This document shows, in pieces, positions 9,124 through 17,619 of a stretch of DNA of 64,000 nucleotides (positions within the stretch are counted from its first letter, which is position 1; each line of letters starts with the position of its first letter). The notes under the pieces are model-generated. The model made no database searches and had not been told where the DNA came from. It saw only the letters and a list, made by a program, of their open reading frames with translations. Made by a program: the position numbers and the translations under genes. Location of the stretch: assembly GCA_947476145.1 (NCBI GenBank), contig CANJPH010000011.1, positions 2,663 through 66,662 of the forward strand, written 5' to 3'. This DNA comes from Bacteroidota bacterium. GTDB taxonomy: Bacteria; Bacteroidota; Bacteroidia; Chitinophagales; Chitinophagaceae.

Positions 9124-9908
9124 TGGGATCCTCCCCTATTAAAATTGCCGTGCTGGATATGTATGACGGTGCCCCAAATATGGGGATGCGTTGTATACAC
9201 AACATTATACATGAATGGAGCAATACAAGGGGGCATGAAATTATTTTAACCGTTTATAATACAAGAGGGCACTGTGAAATTCCAGACAATAGCTACGATA
9301 TTTATTTGTCTACTGGAGGACCTGGCTCCCCTTTAGATAGTGCTACAGAAAAATGGGATATACAATACACTCAATGGCTGGAGCAAATGTTTCAAATACA
9401 TAAGCCTGTTTTTTTAATATGCCATAGTTTTCAAATTGCTTGTAGACACTTTGATTTAGGAAATGTGTGTTTAAGAAAATCAAGACAACTAGGTGTTTTA
9501 CCCGTGCATGCTTTAATTGAAGATGAACTGTTTAATGGTTTAGAAGAAACCTTTTATGCCATGGAGAGCAGATCCTACCAAATTATTGCACCCAATGATG
9601 AAAAAATTATCGGGATGAACGCTGAAATTATGGCATTGGAAAAAATGAGACCCTCAGTGCCCCTAGAAAGAGCCATTATGGCCATAAAGTTTTCTGAAAA
9701 AATTTACGGAGTCCAATTTCATCCCGAAGCGGAATTAAAAGAACTAGTCCTTTATTTTAACGAAGCTTCGACGAAACAAAATATTATTGAAGAGTTTGGA
9801 ATGGAAAAATGGGAACGAATCCTAAATCATTTAGACGAGCACTCACCTATTCAACATACGTATACACATTTGATTCCAAATTTTTTGGATAAAGCCATCT
9901 TATCATGA
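9123..9908 (+). CDS. Class I glutamine amidotransferase-like protein
   Basis: STGGPGSP oxyanion strand, LICHSFQ nucleophile elbow (Cys), GVQFHPE (His-Glu). TAATG overlap with the M42 gene. Confidence 0.85.
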   Translation: MGSSPIKIAVLDMYDGAPNMGMRCIHNIIHEWSNTRGHEIILTVYNTRGHCEIPDNSYDIYLSTGGPGSPLDSATEKWDIQYTQWLEQMFQIHKPVFLICHSFQIACRHFDLGNVCLRKSRQLGVLPVHALIEDELFNGLEETFYAMESRSYQIIAPNDEKIIGMNAEIMALEKMRPSVPLERAIMAIKFSEKIYGVQFHPEAELKELVLYFNEASTKQNIIEEFGMEKWERILNHLDEHSPIQHTYTHLIPNFLDKAILS

Positions 9909-11104
9909 TTGCTGCATTAAGAGATAAATTTAACGCATCCTTTACTGAAATAAAGTATCAGCAAATGAAGGCTGATCTTGAAAAGGATTTTCCCAATGCC
10001 ATTGAATTCAGGTTAGCCGAAACACCTATTTTTATTGATGCAACAACCAAACAAAAACTTTTAAAGGCAGGAGAAGAAATTTGCAGCTTTATAACCAGTG
10101 CCGATTTTGCTGCTCAAACGGAACAGTCCTTTCAACATGTATTAACACCTCCCAATGAGGCCGCCTTGCCGGAATGTATCGTAATGGATTTTGCCATTTG
10201 CAGAGATAAAACAAATGCGATTGTTCCTAAACTCATTGAACTACAAGGTTTCCCTTCCTTATTTGGTTTTGAATGCCTTCACGATAAAGCTTTTAGACAC
10301 AATTTTGAAATTCCTGATGGATACAGTCCTTATTTAAATGGATACAATGAAAAAAAGTATTTATCCCATTTACGCAGCATTATTAAAGGTGATCAAAACA
10401 AGCATACCGTATTATTGGAGTTATACCCACATGAACAAAAAACAAAAATCGATTTTTATCTTACACAACAACTTTTGGATATTCCCATTGTTTGTTTAAG
10501 TGAAATTTTTGTAGTAGCTAGTGAACTGTTTTACAAAAGAGAGGGTATTGATTACAAAATAGAAAGAATTTACAACCGGATTATTTGGGATGAACTCAAT
10601 AAGCAATCCGATGCCTTACAAGCCAAGGGTAAACTATTGTTAGGATCCCTAGCGGTGGAATGGGTAACCCACCCTAATCATTTTTACAGAATAAGTAAAT
10701 TCACTATTCCCTTTTTTACAAGTAATGCAGTACCACACACTCAATTTTTATCAGATATAAAAGTGATGCCTGATGATTTAGAAAATTATGTTCTTAAGCC
10801 ATTGTTTTCATTTGCAGGGCAAGGGGTAATTATAGACATTACGCCTTCAGATATGGATTCCATAAAAAATCCTGAACATTGGATTTTACAGGAGAAAGTG
10901 CAATACGCTCCTATTATTGTCACACCCACTGGTCCTGCTAAAACAGAGATTAGAGTATTTTATTTCTGGGATGTGACGCACCAAAAATACATTGCCACTT
11001 TAAACCTAGCGCGTTTAAGTAAAGGCAAAATGATAGGCGTAAACTATAATGCAAATGCCACCTGGGTAGGTGGCAGTCTTGCTTATTTTGAAGTAGCTTC
11101 TTAA
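9905..11104 (+). CDS. Circularly permuted ATP-grasp (glutathionylspermidine-synthase-like) amide ligase, putative
   Basis: N-terminal DFAI...KLIELQGFPS, later VLKPLFSFAGQGV, WILQEKV, EIRVF. ATGA overlap with the GATase gene. Confidence 0.65.
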   Translation: MIAALRDKFNASFTEIKYQQMKADLEKDFPNAIEFRLAETPIFIDATTKQKLLKAGEEICSFITSADFAAQTEQSFQHVLTPPNEAALPECIVMDFAICRDKTNAIVPKLIELQGFPSLFGFECLHDKAFRHNFEIPDGYSPYLNGYNEKKYLSHLRSIIKGDQNKHTVLLELYPHEQKTKIDFYLTQQLLDIPIVCLSEIFVVASELFYKREGIDYKIERIYNRIIWDELNKQSDALQAKGKLLLGSLAVEWVTHPNHFYRISKFTIPFFTSNAVPHTQFLSDIKVMPDDLENYVLKPLFSFAGQGVIIDITPSDMDSIKNPEHWILQEKVQYAPIIVTPTGPAKTEIRVFYFWDVTHQKYIATLNLARLSKGKMIGVNYNANATWVGGSLAYFEVAS

Positions 11105-11116
11105 AATATGTATTCA

Positions 11117-12259
11117 TTACTCTTCGACACTATTTTTTAATTTCATTAATAATGTAAATGCATTTTTAATAACAATTTGCTGATTGTCTAAATTCGTCTT
11201 GATCTCTGCAAAGCCATTAGAATGGACACCAGTTTCAACCAGTATTAATTTATAACTTAATTCGGTTTGCTTAGCAAATACATAATCTTTGTTTTGCCAC
11301 TTTACAATTGCCTCCTCAGGCAAAGCTTTTACTTTCGCATTATTTAAGGATACTTCGGCGTTAACAAAAGTGCCAGGGAATAATTTAATTTTTTCATTCA
11401 CTAAATGACAATGTACGTCCGTTGTGCTTTCCTCTGTAATATTAGGAGTAATCACTGCTACATGTGCTATATATTTTTCATTCACATTGCTATTAGTATA
11501 AAAACTAACCGTGTTGCCAATTTGCAAATTAGCAGCATCATTATCTAAAACTGTAAGTCTTAGGTGCAAATCACTTGGATCAACAATTTCAAAAAGAATG
11601 TCTGTGGGCGATACGTATTTCCCAATATTCACATTCACCTTGGTTACATATCCACTAATGGGTGCAAAAAAGTTTATAGCCCTAGAAATATTCTCTTCGG
11701 TAAGTGTAGCTGGATTTAATCCTATTAATTTTAATTTCTCACTTAAAGATTTAACTAAAAGTTTTTGGGTCTCAAAATCACTCTTTGCCGCTTGATAAAC
11801 TTTATCACTCACTGTTTTTGATTCGTTCAACCCTTTTTGCCTTACATAATCAGCTTCTAAATAAGCCAACCTGCTTATTGCAGTTAAATAATTTTGTTGC
11901 AAATCAATGTAACTAGGGTCTTCAAGCACCGCAATAACTTCCCCTTTTTTTACTTGTACTCCAGGTATTAAGTTTGTCTTTTTTAAATATCCACCCATTG
12001 GGATACTAATAGAAACCAGGTTACTTGGGGGAACATCCATATGCCCATTTACTTTTAGCAACTTTTGTACCAAAGTATCCACCACTAAACCCAGCTCCAA
12101 ATTGGCATTCTTCAACTGCTCAGTTGTCAATGTTACCAACTCCCCTTTAGCTGCAGCTTCTATTGGGGCATTGCTATTGTCACTCGTAGCACCTTTTTTA
12201 CCAGTACAGGAAAAAAGTAAAATGCTCGTAAATAATAAAATCGTTGTACTGTATTTCAT
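11117..12259 (-). CDS. czcB: Heavy-metal RND efflux periplasmic adaptor (CzcB/CusB-like) lipoprotein
   Basis: Lipobox LFSC, APISGYV, biotinyl-lipoyl-like GVQVKKGEVIA, LFPGTFVNA; directly downstream of the RND pump. Confidence 0.85.
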   Translation of the reverse strand: MKYSTTILLFTSILLFSCTGKKGATSDNSNAPIEAAAKGELVTLTTEQLKNANLELGLVVDTLVQKLLKVNGHMDVPPSNLVSISIPMGGYLKKTNLIPGVQVKKGEVIAVLEDPSYIDLQQNYLTAISRLAYLEADYVRQKGLNESKTVSDKVYQAAKSDFETQKLLVKSLSEKLKLIGLNPATLTEENISRAINFFAPISGYVTKVNVNIGKYVSPTDILFEIVDPSDLHLRLTVLDNDAANLQIGNTVSFYTNSNVNEKYIAHVAVITPNITEESTTDVHCHLVNEKIKLFPGTFVNAEVSLNNAKVKALPEEAIVKWQNKDYVFAKQTELSYKLILVETGVHSNGFAEIKTNLDNQQIVIKNAFTLLMKLKNSVEE

Positions 12260-12270
12260 ATAAAATATTA

Positions 12271-15200
12271 TTAATTATTTAAACTTAATTTTTCAACTTC
12301 AATGGCAGCTTCATTAAGCTGTTGTACATATCCCAAATATTCATTTTGGCCTTGAATAGCCTGGTTAATTATCATGACCCACTCCAAGTATCCAATTTCA
12401 CCCGCATTCAACTTTTTAGAGGCGGATTCTATCAAAATTTTAGTATTGGGTAGTACACTTCGCTGGTATTCCTCTACTACTTTTTTATTTTGCAGATACA
12501 TAGAAATGGCATCTTTTAAATTTGTTTGTAATTGCTGACTCACCGCTTGTTTCTCTAGTTTATTTTGTGAAATAGCAATATTACCCGCATTGATTCTTGC
12601 TTTTTGAGCACTAGCAAATAAAGGAACTGACAATCCAATATTAAAAGTTCCAAATCGATGATCCGAACCATAATATCTTTCATTATTTTGAGTAGTTGTT
12701 TGCCAACCAATAATTGTAGTAGAATTATAGCCCATATTTAAATTTGGGTTCAATTTACTTTTCTCAAGCTTTAATTGTTGCTCCGATTTAGTAATATTTG
12801 CTTCCTGAATTCTTAAGGCTGGGGATTGCTCTAAAGAGAGCAGGTCCGGCATAGCAGTCAAAATCAAAATATTATTTTCAAAGTTGGGTTCATATTGTAC
12901 GCTACAATTAAGTAAATCATTAAATTGATTCATTGCAATGTCATAGCCCGTATTAATTGCCTGCACCTGGCTTTTAATTTGCGTCAACTGATTTTCGGCA
13001 GTTACTTTTTCTAGAATATCAGCATTGCCAGCATTAAATTTTTGTACTGCCCTAAATACAAATGAAGAATAGATGCTATCTGCTATTTTTAACAAAGCGC
13101 TTCTTTGTTGCAATAAAACTAAATGGTAATAATGCTTCTTGACTAATGTTTTTAACTCAACATCCTTTTGTAATTTATAGAGGGTGCTAATTTCAAAATT
13201 AGATTTATTAACAGCACCTTGATATTTATACACGGTTGGAAACTGAATACTTTGAGAAATATTATATTGATTGTCGCTATTAAAGCTATTTATATTTCCA
13301 TATCCAAATCCAATGGCTGTTTTTTCAATATCAATATTTGTTTTTTTCAACGCTTGATAATAATCAACCTGTGCTGTTGCAACTTTCCCAAATGCATTAT
13401 TCTTTAATGCTGAATCCATTGCGGCAGTCAAGCTAATTTTTTGTTGGGCGCTGGCACCTGTACTAAGGAGTAACCATATTCCAATTAGGACAAAACTAGC
13501 CTTGACTTTGCTTACTTGGCCCACCCCTTTCTCAAATAAAATATACATAACTGGTAATACAAATAAAGTTAATAATGTAGAAATAATCAATCCGCCTATT
13601 ACAACCGTTGCCAAAGGCTTTTGAACTTCGCCACCGGCCCCTGTACTAATTGCCATAGGGATAAACCCTAGTGCAGGAACAAATGCCGTCATCAGTACCG
13701 CGCGTAATTTTGACTTGGTAGCATGAATTACAATTCGTTTTACATCATGCCATCCCTCCGCTTTTAATCGATTGAATTCTGAGACCAATAATATTCCATT
13801 TAATACCGCAACACCGAATAAGGCAATAAACCCTACACCAGCAGAAATACTAAATGGCATGGATCTAGCCCACAATGCAAATATGCCTCCCATCGCCGAC
13901 AATGGAATGGCAGTATAAATAAGTAAACCTTGCTTTGCAGAACCAAATGCGAAATAAAGTAAAAGGAAAATTAAAACCAATGCAATTGGTACTACAATAC
14001 TTAATCTCTCTTTTGCAGCGGTCATATTTTCAAATGACCCCCCATATTCAATGGTATACCCTTTTGATAAATGCAAGTTTTGATGAATCTTAGTTTGTAA
14101 TTCTTTTACAATAGTTTGAACGTCTTTGCCATTAACATTAAATCCAACAATAATTCTACGTTTGGTATTTTCTCTTTGAATTTGATTAACGCCTTCAATT
14201 TGAACAATACTTGCAACCGCAGATAATGGGATAGGTAAGCCTTTTGCTGTAGTGATAGATAAATTTTCAATGTCACTCATATTTTTTCGGACATCACCAT
14301 CCAATCTTACCACCATATCAAATCGCTTCTCTTCCTCATATACCTGACCCGCAACCTGACCAGCAAATGCACTGTTTACTACTTTATTAATATCTGATAC
14401 ATTTAAGCCATACTTGGCCATACCATCTCGATTGTATTTTATGACCACCTGTGGCATCCCTGTCACTTTTTCTTCATAAATATTTACAGCACCGTTCACG
14501 GTTTGTATAATTTGATTTAATTTACCCGCATATTTTGTTAGGCTATCTAAATTTTCACCATAAATTTTACAAACAACGTCCTGTCTTGCACCAGTCATTA
14601 ATTCATTAAAACGCATTTGAACAGGAAACTGAAAGCCGACTGTAATGCCAGGCACCTGTTCCAGCACCTTAGTCATCTTCATACTTAATTCACTAAACGA
14701 TGAAGCAGACACCCATTCTTCTTTATCTTTTAAAATGACCATCATATCCCCTGCTTCAAAAGGCATAGGATCTGTAGGAATTTCGGCACTACCAATTTTG
14801 GTGACTACTTTTTCCACTTCAGGAAAATTTTGCATTAATAATCTGGACGCTTTCTGAGTAGCCTCTATTGTATTATTTAAATTACTTCCGGTTAATACTC
14901 TTGTTTCTACTGCAAAATCACCTTCTTCCAATTGTGGAATAAACTCTCCACCCATATTTAATAATATAATGACAGCAACAGAAAATAAAGCAACTGTTGA
15001 TATAATGACTGATTTTGGAAATTTTAATATAAGACCTAATAATGGCTGATATCTTCTTTCTAAAAAACGCATAAGCCTATCTGCAACACTTGGTTTGTGA
15101 TTCAGCTTCTTATTTAAACATAAGGCAGCCATCATAGGCACATAGGTAATAGATAATATAAATGCACCTAAAATTGCAAACGCAATGGTGTATGCCATAG

Positions 15201-16635
15201 GTTTAAACATTTTGCCCTCAATACCTTGTAAGGAAAGAATAGGTAGGTAAACTATTAAAATAATAATTTGACTAAATACGGCTGATTTAATCATGGCACC
15301 GGTTGACTTTCCTACCTCCTCATCCATATCCTCCTGGTTCACTTGTACTAAATTTCTAAAATGTTTAGAATGCACGAATCTATGGAGTATGGCTTCAACC
15401 ACAATGACGGATCCATCCACAATGAGCCCAAAATCTATGGCGCCTAAGGACATTAAATTTCCACCCACACCAAACATATTCATTAATATAATGGCAAATA
15501 ACATGGAAAGCGGAATCACTGAGGATACGATTAATCCTGCTCTAAAATTTCCAAGGAAAAATACTAAAACGAATATGACAATCAATGCTCCTTCCAATAA
15601 ATTAGTCTCCACAGTTTTAATAGCATTGTTTACCATTTTAGTTCTATCTAAAAAAGGCTCAATCACTACTCCCTCTGGCAACATTTTTTGAATGGCAGCT
15701 ACTTTTTCTTTTACGCGCTTTACTACTGCCGAAGCGTTTTCTCCTTTCAACATCATGACTACCGCCCCAGCTACCTCTCCTTTATCATTAAAGGTCATAG
15801 CACCATAACGAATGGCAGATCCATACTGCACTTTGGCTAGATCTCTAATTAACAAAGGGGTGCCATTGTCTAAAACTTTTACCACAATTTTATCAATGTC
15901 CTCTAAATTAGTGGTTAGCCCTTCACTTCGAATATATAAAACAGTAGGGCCTTTTTCGATATAAGCCCCTCCCGTATTTTGATTGTTCTTTTCCAATGCC
16001 CCAAAAATATCAGTGATGGTTAATCCGTATGCTTTTAATTGTTCCTGCCTTACTGCAATTTCATACTGCTTTAGCTTACCTCCAAAGCTGGCTACTTCTG
16101 CCACTCCAGGTGTACCAATAAGTTGTCTTCTTACAATCCAATCCTGTATAGTTCTTAATTGCATGGCATCATACTTATCCTCATAGCCCTTTAAAGGCCT
16201 TACTACATACTGATAAATTTCACCCAGTCCGGTGGAGACAGGCGCTAATTCCGGCGAGCCGGTTCCAACTGGGATATCCTGTTGTACTTTTTGTAATTTT
16301 TCGCTTATCTGTTGCCTGGCCCAATAAATATCTACATCATCCTTAAATACGATGGTAATGAGGGATAATCCAAATCTGGAAAAACTTCTAATTTGTTGGG
16401 TGCCTGGAATACTACTACAAGCTTGCTCTATAGGGAAAGTGACCAAACGCTCAATATCATTGGCACCCAAGGAGGGTGATACAGTAATAACTTGAACCTG
16501 ATTATCAGTGATATCCGGTACGGCATCAATAGGCAATTTAGTAACCTCGTATACCCCCCAGCCTACTAGTGCTATCACAAATAAACCAATGATTAGCTTA
16601 TTCTTGATAGAATAAGTAATTACTTTATTTAACAT
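12271..16635 (-). CDS. czcA: CzcA-type heavy-metal RND efflux pump with fused C-terminal TolC-like outer membrane factor
   Basis: LPIDAVPDITDNQVQV, SLGAIDFGLIVDGSVIVVE (CzcA-type D-D-E), FGVAVLNGI, KPLATVVIGGL; about 400 extra C-terminal helical residues. Start ATG 16635. Confidence 0.92.
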   Translation of the reverse strand: MLNKVITYSIKNKLIIGLFVIALVGWGVYEVTKLPIDAVPDITDNQVQVITVSPSLGANDIERLVTFPIEQACSSIPGTQQIRSFSRFGLSLITIVFKDDVDIYWARQQISEKLQKVQQDIPVGTGSPELAPVSTGLGEIYQYVVRPLKGYEDKYDAMQLRTIQDWIVRRQLIGTPGVAEVASFGGKLKQYEIAVRQEQLKAYGLTITDIFGALEKNNQNTGGAYIEKGPTVLYIRSEGLTTNLEDIDKIVVKVLDNGTPLLIRDLAKVQYGSAIRYGAMTFNDKGEVAGAVVMMLKGENASAVVKRVKEKVAAIQKMLPEGVVIEPFLDRTKMVNNAIKTVETNLLEGALIVIFVLVFFLGNFRAGLIVSSVIPLSMLFAIILMNMFGVGGNLMSLGAIDFGLIVDGSVIVVEAILHRFVHSKHFRNLVQVNQEDMDEEVGKSTGAMIKSAVFSQIIILIVYLPILSLQGIEGKMFKPMAYTIAFAILGAFILSITYVPMMAALCLNKKLNHKPSVADRLMRFLERRYQPLLGLILKFPKSVIISTVALFSVAVIILLNMGGEFIPQLEEGDFAVETRVLTGSNLNNTIEATQKASRLLMQNFPEVEKVVTKIGSAEIPTDPMPFEAGDMMVILKDKEEWVSASSFSELSMKMTKVLEQVPGITVGFQFPVQMRFNELMTGARQDVVCKIYGENLDSLTKYAGKLNQIIQTVNGAVNIYEEKVTGMPQVVIKYNRDGMAKYGLNVSDINKVVNSAFAGQVAGQVYEEEKRFDMVVRLDGDVRKNMSDIENLSITTAKGLPIPLSAVASIVQIEGVNQIQRENTKRRIIVGFNVNGKDVQTIVKELQTKIHQNLHLSKGYTIEYGGSFENMTAAKERLSIVVPIALVLIFLLLYFAFGSAKQGLLIYTAIPLSAMGGIFALWARSMPFSISAGVGFIALFGVAVLNGILLVSEFNRLKAEGWHDVKRIVIHATKSKLRAVLMTAFVPALGFIPMAISTGAGGEVQKPLATVVIGGLIISTLLTLFVLPVMYILFEKGVGQVSKVKASFVLIGIWLLLSTGASAQQKISLTAAMDSALKNNAFGKVATAQVDYYQALKKTNIDIEKTAIGFGYGNINSFNSDNQYNISQSIQFPTVYKYQGAVNKSNFEISTLYKLQKDVELKTLVKKHYYHLVLLQQRSALLKIADSIYSSFVFRAVQKFNAGNADILEKVTAENQLTQIKSQVQAINTGYDIAMNQFNDLLNCSVQYEPNFENNILILTAMPDLLSLEQSPALRIQEANITKSEQQLKLEKSKLNPNLNMGYNSTTIIGWQTTTQNNERYYGSDHRFGTFNIGLSVPLFASAQKARINAGNIAISQNKLEKQAVSQQLQTNLKDAISMYLQNKKVVEEYQRSVLPNTKILIESASKKLNAGEIGYLEWVMIINQAIQGQNEYLGYVQQLNEAAIEVEKLSLNN

Positions 16636-16700
16636 AAAAAATAAATTCAATAATGAAAGAAAAAATTACACATGTAAGTGTAAAAAACGCGCGCGCAAAA

Positions 16701-17087
16701 TTATACTAATCGAGGAGGTTGAAAAATATTGCCATGACTCATGGACAAATTTTTATCATCATCAAAATGTAAATATACCTTGGGGTCTGCAAATAAGACA
16801 GCAGTAGCTATAGAAATTTTTGGAGCAAATAATGTTACAAAATTTAACAACGAAACAGTGCGGTTAGACGACTTAAATGGCAACTCCATGTCCTGTTGAT
16901 AATCGCTGTCAAAAGTTTGCGGCTGAAAATAATGCATGTGAATAAACTTCGAAAAACTTAAGCCACGCTCAAATTGCTTATGTGTTTTGTAATGCTCAAA
17001 TAAATTAGGCATTTTTAGCAATTGATATGCTTCCGTTGCACCTAATAAATACAAGGAGCTAAGAAATATGACGATGGCTTTTTTCAC
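16701..17087 (-). CDS. His-rich hypothetical protein directly upstream of czcA (candidate leader/regulatory ORF)
   Basis: GTG start; hydrophobic N-terminus; EHYKTH, HMHY, DxDxxxDMxLPFK; ends IFQPPRLV. TAACTTTA promoter-like element at 17092-17099. Confidence 0.75.
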   Translation of the reverse strand: MKKAIVIFLSSLYLLGATEAYQLLKMPNLFEHYKTHKQFERGLSFSKFIHMHYFQPQTFDSDYQQDMELPFKSSNRTVSLLNFVTLFAPKISIATAVLFADPKVYLHFDDDKNLSMSHGNIFQPPRLV

Positions 17088-17130
17088 ACTATAAAGTTAC
17101 CATTTTTAATGCTTTAATACGCATCAATTT

Positions 17131-17177
17131 TAAGCAATAAAAAAACCCTCTTTTTGAGAGGGCATTTTTATTGCTTA
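17131..17177. terminator. Intrinsic terminator after the HMA gene (possibly bidirectional)
   Basis: CCCTCT/AGAGGG core stem inside a 13-bp TAAGCAATAAAAA/TTTTTATTGCTTA inverted repeat; 7-U tail on the minus strand. Confidence 0.8.
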
Positions 17178-17182
17178 AATGC

Positions 17183-17518
17183 TTATTTCTTTTTCTTCTT
17201 ACGATCGTATTGGCAACACTCCTCTAGTTTTTTATAGGCTTCTTCGGTTGCTACTTTATTTTCAGTATCGTACCCAGCGCCTGCAATAGCTGTCTCAATC
17301 TTATCTGTACTTGTCTTTCCTGCATCAAAAGTCAGGGCTAGTAATTTTTTAGCCTTGTCCCAATTTGCAGTAGTAGCGCCTGCGTCCATAGCAGCTTTTT
17401 CAATACTTTTTTTACAAGACCCACAATTGCCAGACACTTTTATAGTAGTAGGTGCTTGTGCAAATGCAAAATTGCAAACCATTAAAAGCAAAGAAACCAT
17501 CATGAAGTTCTTTTTCAT
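17183..17518 (-). CDS. Exported heavy-metal-associated (HMA) domain protein
   Basis: Signal peptide ending AFA-Q, GNCGSC metal motif, IAGAGY, C-terminal ECCQY. Confidence 0.88.
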   Translation of the reverse strand: MKKNFMMVSLLLMVCNFAFAQAPTTIKVSGNCGSCKKSIEKAAMDAGATTANWDKAKKLLALTFDAGKTSTDKIETAIAGAGYDTENKVATEEAYKKLEECCQYDRKKKKK

Positions 17519-17619
17519 AGTTGTATGTTTATTTTTTTTAAAATTATTAGTCTTTCCATGTAAAGTTAAGATTTTATTAGAGAAGATTAGGGAAATTTCA
17601 GTAAGGAATTGAGCCTTAA

